A stretch of 64,000 nt of DNA, from assembly GCA_963843845.1 (NCBI GenBank), contig CAWJMB010000002.1, positions 832,001 through 896,000 of the forward strand, in the 5' to 3' direction. The notes under the pieces are model-generated. The model saw only the letters and a program-made list of their open reading frames with translations. It did not search any database and was not told where the DNA came from. Source of the DNA: an uncultured Gemmatimonadaceae bacterium. GTDB taxonomy: Bacteria; Gemmatimonadota; Gemmatimonadetes; Gemmatimonadales; Gemmatimonadaceae. Made by a program: the position numbers and the translations under genes. Shown piece by piece: positions 51,880-62,853 of this stretch (the first letter of the stretch is position 1; each line of letters starts with the position of its first letter).

Positions 51880-52572
51880 ATGGAGCTGGCACGGTTTCTG
51901 GATGCACGGGCGGACGTGGCACCCGCCCGGACGCAATCGCTCGCGGAAGAAGTCGCGAACAGCATCACGCACGGCCTCGGCCTCGCCGCCGCGGTCGCCG
52001 CGCTGCCCGCGCTCGTCGTCGCCGCACGGCAGCGCGACGACCCGCTGCACCTCGTCGGTGCGCTCGTGTTCGGCGGCACGCTCGTGCTCTGTTACCTCGC
52101 GTCGACGCTCTACCACGCCGTCCCCGCACCGCGCTCGCCGCGCGCGAAGGAGCGGCTCCGCGTCATCGACCACTCGGCGATCTTCCTCCTGATCGCCGGG
52201 ACGTACACGCCGTTCCTGCTCGGCGCGCTCCGCGGGCGGTTCGGCTGGACGCTCCTCGCGGTGATCTGGACGCTCGGCGTGCTCGGCGTCGTGGCGAAAC
52301 TCGCGCTCGGCTGCCGCTACCGGTACCTGTCGACGGGGATGTACCTCGGCATGGGATGGCTCGGCCTCGTCGTCATGCGGCCGCTCGCGGCGAGCGTCGG
52401 ACCGGCCGGCGTGACGTGGCTGCTCGCGGGTGGCGCGACATACACGCTCGGCGCCGTGTTCTACCTGTGCGACCGGCGCATCCGCTACGGGCACGCCGTC
52501 TGGCACCTGTTCGTCGCGGCGGGGAGCGCGTGCCACTTCGTCGCCGTGCTGCGGTACGCGTGGGGGGCGTGA
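51880..52572 (+). CDS. Hemolysin III / PAQR family membrane protein (TrhA-like)
   Basis: EEVANSITH, STLYH, DHSAIFLLIAGTYTP, HAVWHLFV. Confidence 0.9.
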   Translation: MELARFLDARADVAPARTQSLAEEVANSITHGLGLAAAVAALPALVVAARQRDDPLHLVGALVFGGTLVLCYLASTLYHAVPAPRSPRAKERLRVIDHSAIFLLIAGTYTPFLLGALRGRFGWTLLAVIWTLGVLGVVAKLALGCRYRYLSTGMYLGMGWLGLVVMRPLAASVGPAGVTWLLAGGATYTLGAVFYLCDRRIRYGHAVWHLFVAAGSACHFVAVLRYAWGA

Positions 52573-52698
52573 CGCCGGGGCGCCTGGTGCGCCGGGCGCG
52601 CGGCGTGCCGTGAATTAGGTTAAGCGCGCCGGCCTCCTCCGTCGTTCTACGGAGAGTTCGTCGCCGGTCGTGTCCGATCACATTCCTGCCCGCCTGCC

Positions 52699-53271
52699 AT
52701 GCGCCTTGCCGTCACCCTCGCCGCCGCCGCCGCGACCGCGCTCGCCTGCACGACCGGCCCGCAGACGCCGACGCCGACCCCCGCTCCGACGTCGACGACG
52801 GCCCAGGCGCCGGGCGGCGGAGGGGGCCCGGGCGGCGCGCCCGGTCAGCCCGCGCCGCAGCGCACGCCGGCGCAGATGGACTCGATGCGCAAGAGCACCG
52901 TCGCCCGCATGGTCGCGCAGCTCGGCGCGCGCGCCGACGAGCCGGCCGAGCGCGTCTACCAGAACATCCAGGTGTGGAAGGGGCTCCCGGCGCGCGCGCT
53001 CCTCGACACGATGGCGTCGTACGGCCGGGCGCTGGGCGTCACCTGCTCCGGCTGCCACGTCCCCGGCCAGTGGGCGAGCGAGGAGCGGGCGAACAAGAAG
53101 GTCGCCCGCGGGATGCAGCGCATGACGACGGCGATCAACACGACGCACCTTCCGGCGATCCCCGATCTCGATCCCGAGCACCCGCCGGCGACGTGCGCGA
53201 TGTGCCACCAGGGGTCGTTCCACCCGAAGACCGAGGTGTCGCTGACGGGGCGGGGCGAGTCGGGGCACTGA
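52699..53271 (+). CDS. Di-heme c-type cytochrome lipoprotein, reaction-centre cytochrome (PufC)-like
   Basis: Lipobox ALAC; VYQNIQV...M...LGVTCSGCH...KKVARGM..M...TCAMCH. Confidence 0.8.
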   Translation: MRLAVTLAAAAATALACTTGPQTPTPTPAPTSTTAQAPGGGGGPGGAPGQPAPQRTPAQMDSMRKSTVARMVAQLGARADEPAERVYQNIQVWKGLPARALLDTMASYGRALGVTCSGCHVPGQWASEERANKKVARGMQRMTTAINTTHLPAIPDLDPEHPPATCAMCHQGSFHPKTEVSLTGRGESGH

Positions 53272-53294
53272 GCGAGACAGCGTAGAGCGAACAG

Positions 53295-53336
53295 CGCAGA
53301 GCGCAGAGAGGCTTCAGCCGCTCTGCGCTCTTTGCG
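53295..53336. repeat. Imperfect inverted repeat between convergent genes
   Basis: cgcagagcgcagag...ctctgcgctctttgcg. Confidence 0.55.
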
Positions 53337-53365
53337 TTGCGCCGATCCGCCGCGCGTGTCGCTCG

Positions 53366-56300
53366 TCAGAGCGTGCTGTAGCGTCCGTCGGCGGCGCGTA
53401 CTTCGCCGAGGATGGCGAGCGTGTCGAGGTGGCGGTGGACGATGTCGGTGCGCGCGCCGGCGAACGCGCGCGTCGCGTCGTCGACGGTGACGGTTCGGGT
53501 GGCGACGAGGCGCTTGAGGGCGCCGATCTGCTCGACCGCCTCGGCCGGCCAGGGCGCGGGGGCGTCGGCCGGCGCGGGCTCCGCGGTAGGCGCGGCGTCG
53601 TCGGGGAGTGGGAGTGCGGCGTCGGGGGCGGTGCGCGTGGCGTTCGGCGCCTGATAGTCCGGACGCAGCCACCGCACGACGCCGCGCGCCTCCTCGGCCA
53701 CGCGCTCGTCGTGCAGCGCGACGAGCCGGTCGAGGATCTCCTCGGTCGGCATGGGCCACGGCCAGCCGTACGCCTCGGCGACGAGGGCGTCGAGCTCGTC
53801 GTGCAGGTCGCGCAGCACGCCGCAGGCGGCCAGCTCGTGCACGGTCCGCTCTTTCGGCGTGAGCGGCTCGTTCGCACGCAGCTTCTCGACGACGTTGTAC
53901 ATGCCCGTCATCGTCACGCGCTCGTCGCGCGCGATGGCGGCCTTGCGGTGCGCCGTCGAGCCGCTCGGCCGACGTCGGCGATGCGCGCTGCGGACGTTAG
54001 GCGCCGGGTCAGGGAAGGGAAATGCGTCGAAGCAGCGCGTCTTGTTGTAGCGAGGGTCATTTCCAACCCCTAAGCGTGACCCTGCAGCATCCGCCCACTC
54101 CACGTGGATCGTCGACGAGAGTATGCCGAGGTGATACGCCTCGCCTGATGCGACGGCGACAATCATGTCGTCAGGCGCGATCTCACGGCGCAGAAATTCG
54201 AAGAATCGGTGTCTCGCTACGTACGGGGTGGCGATGAATCGCGGTACGTTGGCGACGGCGCGTACGCAACTCGATATTTGTGCGCCCGAAGCGCCACCAG
54301 TATCGCTTTCGGCCGGGATCGTTCTGCGCCTCGCGGCTCAGGCTTCACGCGTGCGCGCACGATGTCGTACAAGACCGGATATCGCACGTGCGGCGTCCTC
54401 ACTGCGCGTGCGCGAAGTCGATGATGAATCGTCGCGCGGTCTGGCCGCGAGGTCATTTCCCGTTGCGGAAAGGCCGGATCACCTGCGCATGACTGGCGTC
54501 GGTAGCGAGCAGGCGTTCAGCTTCCGGCCGTCCCAACACGAAGCCCGCGCCGACTGGCGCGAAGCCGCGCGAATGAGAGTTCCTCGTTCGCACGGAGCGG
54601 GACCGCTGCGGCCCTCGAAATGTCCGCGTGCGTACTGAGGTCGGCATTCAACCGCGAGACCTCTCGCATCTTTGTGACTGTGCCGGCGTCGTCCACTTCA
54701 AGCCGGTACGCGCGGTGGGCAGTTCGCGATAGCACTGTCATTGCCACCCGGACCGCGCGCAGCGTCGGCATAGTCGTGCCAGGGGTGATCGGGCGATCGC
54801 CCAGACAATTCGAGCACCGCGCAGTGCCGCGGCTCGCGCGATCGAGAGGTTGATGAAATTGCTGCGTGATCGAGTTCGTCGTGATAAGGCCCGCGCGGAG
54901 GAGTGCGCCCTGCCGCGACTGCGGTGGCGGCGCGTGCCCACCAGTACATCACGAAGTCGACGCTGCCCGGTACGTCTGGGTACGGTGCTTCGCAACGCTT
55001 CGACATAGCCGTCGCCGAGCACGTCGCGCATGCCGCTTGTCGCCGAGATACGGCGGATTCCCGACGATGAAGTCCGCCTCCGGCCACTCCGCCGGCCGCG
55101 CGTTCACGTACTCGTAGTACGGCAGCCGCGCGTCCGGGTCCGGCACGAGCTTCCCCGTCACCGGGTGCCTGACGCGCGGCGTCGGGTCGGGCCGGTCGCG
55201 CTCCGGCACGCGCCGGATCTCGTCCCACGCCAGCACCGCGTCGCGCTGCGACAGCGTCCCCGTCTCGCGCAGCAGCGGCTCGTCCGGCTGCACGTCGCCG
55301 TGCTGCTGCCGCCAGAACTGGTGAAAGCCGATCCACAGCGTCAGCTCCGCGATCTCGCGCGCCCACGCCTTCACCTCGATCCCGTAGAACTGCCCCGGGT
55401 CGATCTCCGCGAGCCGCATCCCGAGCTGCCCGCCGCGCAGCTCCGCGAGCAGCCGGAACACCTCGACCTCGACGCGCTTCAGCGCGTGCATCGTCACGTA
55501 CAGGAAGTTGCCGCTGCCGCACGCCGGGTCGAGCACGCGCAGCCCGCGCAGCCAGTCGTGGAACGCGAGCAGCCGGGCCTCCGCCTCCGCGAGCAGCTCG
55601 CCCTCCGACCCGCGCGACCTGCCGCGCGCCTTCGTCCCCGCCTCTTTCCGCCGCGCCGCCTCCTCGCGCAACTGCAGCACCTCCGCCTGCACCGCCGCCC
55701 ACCGTTCGCGTACCGGCTCCTCGACCGTCGGCCGCACCAGCCGCTCGATGAACGCCCGCGGCGTGTACTCGGCGCCGAGCCGGTGGCGCTCCTCGGGCGT
55801 CAGCGCGCGGACGAGCAGCGTGCCGAAGATCGACGGCTCGACCGACGACCAGTCGGCCTTCGCCGCGCGCACGAGCAGCGCGAGCGCCTCGCGGTCGAGC
55901 GGCAGCGCCTCGGCGTCGTGAAAGAAGTGGCCGTTGAAGCGCAGGAGCTTGTGATAGCCGAACAGATCGCCGGCGTCCATCGCCCGCCAGAGCCCTCGGC
56001 CGCAGGCACGAACGCCTCGGGGCCGGACTTCGAGCACCGCCTCCAGGAGTCGACGGAACGACGCGTCCGGCAGGAGGTTCACGTCCTCGGCGAACATCGT
56101 GAACACGCAGCGCATGAGGAATCGCGCCACGCGCTCCGGGTCGTGCCCGCCGTCCGTCCAGCGTCGCCGCGAGCCGGCGAGCAGTCGCCGCGATCTCCTC
56201 GGTGACCGCCTGCGCGCGACCGCGCGGGTCGCGCCGCGACGGGTCGGTCCAGACGTCGCGCAGCAGGGCGACGTCGTCAGGGCGGTCGGCGAGCGTGCGC

Positions 56301-56809
56301 AGGTCGATGCGGCGCGCGGCGTTGAAGCCGCCGTACGTGCCGGCCCAGCCGTCCCAGAGCAGCAGGGCGCGGGGGAAGTCGAGCACCATGATGTACGGCG
56401 GGCGCTCGGGAAGGTCGCGAGCGTAGGTGTGCACCTGCCCGAACGCCTTCGTGAGCTGACGCGTCGCCGTGGCGCCGTCTTCGAACGCCTTCGCCTCGAG
56501 CGCGAAGCAGCCGGCCTTGTAGAGGTCGATGAAGTTCGTCGTGATCGCCCCGTCGCGCGTCACGGCCTTCACCGGGTACTCGAACTGGTAGGGCACGTGC
56601 TCGGCCACGCGCGCGCGGTCGACCGACGGGCGCGGGCGCTCGACGCCTAACGCGTCGCACAGGTCGTAGAGAAACGGCTGCGCGTTCGAGCGCTCGTCGG
56701 CGCCGGCGTGCCGCCACTTCTCGGCGAGGGCGCGAAGGCGGGCGGCCGTCTCGGGTGAGACGCCGCCCGCGGGCACGCCGTCGGACAGTCCGGACAGTGG
56801 GGACGACAT
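53366..56809 (-). CDS. MmeI-like (Type IIL/IIG) fused endonuclease and m6A methyltransferase; multiple frameshifts
   Basis: N-terminal FIDLYKAGCFALEAK (PD-(D/E)xK), LGAEYTP, LDPACGSGNFL, IVGNPPY, C-terminal PRYNKTRCFDAFPFP and LHDELDALVAEAYGW. Confidence 0.85.
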
Positions 56810-56848
56810 GCGCGCCAATGTAGGCGCCGGGCCGCTACCGCACGATCG

Positions 56849-58555
56849 TCACGGCACGATCCGCGTCGTGTCGCGCACCGTCGGGTACTTGATGCCGAAC
56901 TGCTCGAGGTACGTCTTGTACTTCGTCGGGTCGTAGTAGTACTTCCGCATCTGCTCGCGGTACTTCGCCATGATGTCGCGGTTCAGCTCGATCGGCGGCT
57001 GGTCCGTGGCGCTGATGAACGGCTGGTACTTCACGTCCTTCGTCTGCACGTCGGTGAAGTACGTCCATCGCGTCCGTCACGAGCGGCGGCGAGAGCAGCA
57101 GGTCGATCATCGTCATCGCCTGCACCTTCGCGCCCGCCGTCGTCCCCTTGTGCGCGATCGGCGTCGCCATCGCGATCGCGTTCGCCCAGTTGTGCCCCGG
57201 CAGTCCCCGGGATGTTCGCCGGGTAGCGCAGCGTCACCGTCGGCACGCTCCACGCCACGTCGCCGATGTCGTCCGAGCCGCCGCCGCGTGCGCGGCCCCT
57301 CGACGCCGCCCGAGAGCGGCGAGCGCGCGTCGCGAGCCCGTTCGTCGGCGAGCCGAGCTCGCGCTGGATGCCGCGGGCGAGCGCCTGGTCCTTCTCGTCC
57401 CACGTCGGCAGCCCGACCTTCACGATGTTCTGGTGCATCGCCTCGGCGATCGGCCGGTTGAAGTGGCCGGACCAGCCGGAGCCGAGGATCGCGCACCGTG
57501 TCGAGCTTCGTGTCGGTCATCATCGCCGCGCCCTGCGCGATGCGCTTGCCGCGCCTCGAACATCTCCATCGTCGTCGGATAGTCGACGTTCCGGAAGTAG
57601 AACCAGATCGACGCCGTCGTCGGCACGACGTTCGGCTGGTCGCCGCCGTCCTTGATGACGTAGTGCGAGCGCTGCGCGATCCCCATGTGCTCGCGGTGGT
57701 ACTCCCACCCGGTCGCCATGAGCATCACCGCGTCGAGCGCGCTCTTGCCCGCGCTGCGGCGCGCCGGCCGCGTGCGCGCTCGTGCCGCGGAACTTGAACT
57801 CGGCCGAGACGAGCGCGTTCTGCCCGCCCTGCCCCCACGAGACGCCGAGGTTGTTGCCGACGTGCGTGAAGAGCACCGCGTCCGACGTCCTTGAAGATCG
57901 CCGGCGCGCACGTAGAACGCCTTGCCCGCCATCAGCTCCTCGGCCACGCCGGGGAAGAGCACGATCGTGCCCGGCATCTTCTCGCGCTCCATGATGCTGC
58001 TTCACCGCGAGCGCGGCGGTGACGTTCAGCGGGTTGCCGCTGTTGTGCCCCTCGCCGTGCCCGGGCGCGCCGTCGATCATCGCGTCGCGGTAGCCGACGC
58101 CCGGCTTCTGCGACGCCTGCGGGATGCCGTCGATGTCGCTGCCTAGCACGATCACCGGCTTGCCGGAGCCCCACCGCGCGACCCACCCCGTGGGCATGCC
58201 GGCGACGTTCTCGCTGGACCGTGAAGCCGTTCTTCCGCAGGATGCCGGTCAGGTACTTCGACGTCTCGGACTCCTGCATCCCGAGCTCGCCGTAGCTGAA
58301 CACCTGGTCGACCATCTGCTGCGTGAACGTCGCCATCGAGTCGACGGCCTTGAGCGCCTGCGCCTTGAGCGCGTCGCGCCGCGTCTGGTTCGTCGTGTCG
58401 ACGCGCGCCGGCGCCGAGTCGGCGCCGGCGCCGCGCCCGCGCTGCGCGAGCGCGTCGCGCGAGAGCGCCGGCGACGCGAGCAGGCCGACGACGGCGGCCG
58501 CCGTCCGCGTCGCGCGGACGGTTCGAGCGGGGAAGCGGGGGATCTCTCGGAACAT
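56849..58555 (-). CDS. M20 family amidohydrolase (AbgB-like); multiple frameshifts
   Basis: FSYGELG, GSDIDGIP, GHGEGHNSG, GVAEE, GGSDDIGDV, IAHKG across frames. Confidence 0.85.
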
Positions 58556-58935
58556 CTCGCGGGAGGAAGGAGAAGGGAGTCGACTTCGCGTTCCGGAGTG
58601 TGCGCGGCGCGCGGCACGAGCGCAATTCGTCGCGCCGCCGCGGCCGGCCCGCGGCGCGTGGGTCGTGCGCGCCCGTCGAACGGTGCGGCGGCGGCTCCGC
58701 ACTCTCGACGGGCGCCCCGGCGAGCGCAACGGTGTGCTCGTTGCCCGAGCACGCCGCTCGCCATCGCTCCGAGCATCCCGCATGCGCACGTTGCAGACGC
58801 TGCTCGCCGTCGTCGCGCCGTCGCCGCCGGCGCCGCGCGTGACGGGCGCGGGCTCGCGGGGCGTGGCACCCCCGAGGCGCCGCGGGCCGGGGTAGCGGCG
58901 CCGAACGCGCGGGCGGGCGGCGGGTATCATCGCTG

Positions 58936-60269
58936 ATGCCCTTCGCCCGCCGCGCGGCGGCCGCGCTCGCGCTCGTCCTCCCAGGCGCACCGCTCGCCGC
59001 ACAGCCCCCGCAGGGCACGCTCGGCGCGCAGGCGGTCGTCAGCGGGACGCGGCTCACGAACGCGCTCGACGGGCGCACGCGCACGGAGGGCGTACGTGTC
59101 GCAGCCCGCGCTCATGGGGCACGGCGCGATCGCCGGCGGGCACCTGCGCTTCACCGGCACGCTCAACTTCGAGGGCGCTCACGATGCGCCGCGGCGAGCT
59201 GCTCGGCGGCGTCTACGGCGAGGGGTACGTCGACCGCCGCCACCCGCACACGCTCGTGCACGAGGCGATGGTCGCGCGTGCACGGCGGGCCGTGCGCGGC
59301 GGCACGGTGAGCGCCTCGCTCGCCGCGGGGAAGGGGTTCGTGCCGTTCGGCACCGACGACCCGATGATGCGGCCGTTCGAGCGCTACCCGGTCAACCATC
59401 ACCTCGCGCAGATCCTCGAGCGCGTCGTCGCGATCGGCGCCGTGCGTGTGCCGCACGCTGCTGCTCGAAGGGCGCGCTCTTCAACGGCGATGAGCCGCAC
59501 CGGCGCCGTACGCGCACGCCGCGCTACGATCGGTTCGGCGACTCGTGGGCCGCGCGGCTCTCGGTGCGTCCGCTGGATCGCCGCACCGCCGAGTGGGGCG
59601 CGGCCGGCGTCGAGCTGTCGGTCAGCGCCGCGCGCGTCGTCTCCGCCGAGAACCCGGACGGCGGCGGGCTCGATCAGCGGAAGTGGAGCGCCGCGCTGCG
59701 GTGGGCGCGGCGGCACACCGTCAGGCGGCGCCGCGCGGCCGAACGATCGCGCGAGCTACGCTGCTCGTCGAGATGGGCGCGCACCGACTGGATGCGCGGC
59801 GGCCGGCGCATCGCGGTCGCCGGCTACCGCGACGGCAGCGTGCTCGCCGAGGCGGGCGTGCGGCGGCGCGGCGTCGAGCTCGTCGGCGCGCGCCGAGCGC
59901 ACCGACCGGCTCGAGGAGGAGCGTGACGTCGATCCGTTCCGCACCGTGCGCCCGCACTCCGACGTCGCGACGCTCGGCGTGACGCGACTGGCAGGTGCTC
60001 ACGCTCGGCGTCGCGCGGCCGCTCGGCGTGTCGGCGGCGGCGACGCTGCGCGCTGGCGCCGTTCGTCGAAGGCTCGCTCGCTCGCGCCGCGCGCCGTCGT
60101 ACCCGGCGCGGTGTTCGACCCGGTGTCGTTCTACGGCGGCAGGCGGCTCTGGTCGCTCACCGCGGGCGTCCGACTCGGTGCCGGGATGCGGCACGCGCGC
60201 ATGGGGCGCTATGGTGTGCGCGGCGCCGTCCGGCTCACACCACTCGTCACGACTCTCCTCAGCGAATGA
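58936..60269 (+). CDS. Hypothetical secreted/outer-membrane protein; multiple frameshifts
   Basis: Signal peptide; YGEGYVDRRHPHTLVHE, PFGTDDPM, NHHLAQILER across frames. Confidence 0.55.
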
Positions 60270-61555
60270 TGCGTCGCCTCGTCGTCGCCCTCTCGTCGCC
60301 GCTCGCGGCCGCGCTCGTCGCCTGCTCCCGCCGACCGACGCCCGGCCGGCGCTCACCGATCCGACGCCCGACGCCCGACGCAGACGGCGATCGCGTCGTG
60401 CGCGTCGCGCGACGTCGCGGGGACGCGGACGGGACTGCGCGCGCAGTCGCAGTGCGTCGTCGCCGGACGATTCTCGTCCGAGCTGACGACGGTGACGACC
60501 GCGCGCGGCACGCTTCGCCTACACCTCGACGTGGGGGCGACGCACCGGCGCCGCGTGCACGACCGACAACTGCGGCAACGTCGTCTACGTGTGGAACGTC
60601 GGCACGTCGCCCGCCGCGCTGACCGATTCGCTCGATCGTGAACCCGCCGTCGCTCACCACGACGACCGGCGACGTGCAGGTGAGCGACGACGGCACGCTG
60701 CTCGTCGTCGCGACCGAGCCGGCCGGCTACCTCGTCATCTACTCGCTCGCCGACCCCGCGCATCCGACGCTCGTGACGCGGTGCACCGCGCCGAACGTCG
60801 CGAACGGCGTGCACACGGCGCAGCTCTCGCGCGTCGGCGGTCGGCTCTACGCGTTCTGCTCGATCGACCCGCGCGGCGGTGCGCGCGCACGCCTCACGAT
60901 CGTCGACCTCTCGACGCCGGCGTCGCCTCGTGAGACGTGGTCGCGCGAGATGGGCAATCCGTACGTCCACGACGTCTACGTGCGCGACGGCTATCTGCTC
61001 ACCGCGCTGTGGAACGACGGCATGACGGTCTGGGACATCGGCGCGCGCCGCGGCTCGCCGTCGGCGCCCGACTCGGTCGGCAACGTGCGCACGGCGACCG
61101 GACAGATGCACAACATCCTCTGGCAGCGCGATGCGACGACCGGCTCGCGCTTCGCGTTCCTCGGCGAGGAGGGGCCCGGGGCGATCGGCAGCACGTCGCT
61201 CGGCGACGTGCACGTCGTCGACATGAGCGACCTGTCCCGCCCGCGCGAGGTCGCGTACTACACGATCCCCGGCGCCGGCGTCCACAACTTCTCGGTCGAC
61301 GAGACGAACGGCATCCTCTACGCCGCGTACTACAACGCCGGCGTCGCGGCGCTCGACGTACGCGGCGACCTCGCGGCGTGCACCGCGGCGCAGCAGGGGA
61401 CGCTCGGCCGCTGCGACCTCGCGCGCATGGGGCGCGAGCTCGGGCGCGGGCTGACGGCCGGCGCGTACGTCTGGGGCGTCGAGTTCGCGAACAACGTGCT
61501 CTACGCGTCCGACATGCTCGGCGGACTGTGGACGCTCACGCCGGCGACGCGCTGA
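60266..61555 (+). CDS. LVIVD-repeat beta-propeller lipoprotein; 5' part frameshifted
   Basis: LTIVDLSTPASP, VHDVYV, VHVVDMSDLSRP, AAYYNAGVAALD, YASDM. Confidence 0.75.
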
Positions 61556-62853
61556 GCGACAGAACGTCGGCTCTGCTCGCCCGCGGCGTCGACGCGGGCA
61601 TCATCTCGGCCGACCAGCGCGACGCCCTGCTCGCGCTCGACGCGCCGCTCGACGCGCCGCTCGACGCGCCGCGCGAACGCCGCCACCGTGCGCTCGACGG
61701 TGTCACGATCGCGTACGGACTCGGCGCCGCGCTCGTCGTCTTCGCGCTCGGCTGGTTTCTCGCCGACCGGTGGGAGCTGTTGGGCGCCGGCGGCGTGCTC
61801 GCCGTGGTGATCGCCTACGCGCTGCTGTTCGGCGTCGTCGCCTGGAAGCTCGCGCGCGAGCGCTTCCCGCTCGCCGCCGGCGTGGCGCTCGCGCTCGTCG
61901 TCTGCACGGCGCCGGTCGCCGGCTGGGCCCTGCTGCGCCTCACCGGCGAGTGGCCCGCCGAATCGACCGCGCTGGCGCGCTACGAGCCGTACGCGGCGAC
62001 GCGGCGGCTCGTCGTCGCGTTAGGCACCGTCCTCGCGGCGCTGCTCGTCGTGCGCGTGGTGCCGCGCGGCGCGGTGCGTCGGACGCCGGTGGCGATCCCG
62101 CTCGCCGCGGCGACCGCGTTCGCGCTCGTCGATGCCGCGCTGCTGCTCGCCCTCGCCGTCGGCGGCGCCGAGTCCCGGTGGGAGACGCGCGGCTGGGCGC
62201 CGCTCGCGGCGGGCGCCGCGCTGTTCGCGATGGCGTATGTGACGGACCGGCGCTCGCCGAACGACGAGTCGCGCGAGGACTTCGCGGCGTGGGTGTACGC
62301 CGCCTCGTGCGTCGCGTTCGAGTTCGGGTTCGTCGCGGTGTTCGACCTGTTCGGTCGCCACCACGTCGCACGCCACACGGTCGCGCTCGTCGCCCTCGCG
62401 CAGCTCGGCGCGGCGTCGCGATTGCAGCGCCGCGCGCTCCTCGTCGCCGGCGTCGGCAACGCGGTCTGGTACCTCGGCTACCTCGCGTTCGACGTGTTCC
62501 GCGACGTGCTGAGCTTCCCGTTCCTGCTCGCCACGTTCGGCGCCGCACTGCTCCTGGTGACGGTCATCGTGCAGCGGCGCTTCCCGTCGCTGCTCCGCCG
62601 GCGACCGTCAGGCGCCGGTGCACGCCCGACGCTGCCGGGCGGCGCCGTCACCGCGTGGCTCCCGCTCGCGCTCGTGCTCGCGCTGCTCCCGGCACATCTG
62701 GCCCACGTCGAGCGAACGCAGGCCGCGAACGAACGACGAGCGGCCGTCGAACGCACCCGGCTCCGGTCGGAGCGGCGTCGACGGCAGTCGGCTACCGATC
62801 CGCCGCCTTCGTCGCCGGCGCCGCCGCGTCGCGCGTCAGCACGTAGAAATTGA
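61552..62853 (+). CDS. DUF2157-like multi-pass membrane protein; start approximate
   Basis: GIISADQRDAL, YGLGAALVV, many hydrophobic segments. Confidence 0.65.
   Translation: MSDRTSALLARGVDAGIISADQRDALLALDAPLDAPLDAPRERRHRALDGVTIAYGLGAALVVFALGWFLADRWELLGAGGVLAVVIAYALLFGVVAWKLARERFPLAAGVALALVVCTAPVAGWALLRLTGEWPAESTALARYEPYAATRRLVVALGTVLAALLVVRVVPRGAVRRTPVAIPLAAATAFALVDAALLLALAVGGAESRWETRGWAPLAAGAALFAMAYVTDRRSPNDESREDFAAWVYAASCVAFEFGFVAVFDLFGRHHVARHTVALVALAQLGAASRLQRRALLVAGVGNAVWYLGYLAFDVFRDVLSFPFLLATFGAALLLVTVIVQRRFPSLLRRRPSGAGARPTLPGGAVTAWLPLALVLALLPAHLAHVERTQAANERRAAVERTRLRSERRRRQSATDPPPSSPAPPRRASARRN

Noticed and set aside
51880..52572. Hemolysin III as a virulence factor
   Set aside because: PAQR/TrhA-family proteins are widespread membrane homeostasis proteins.
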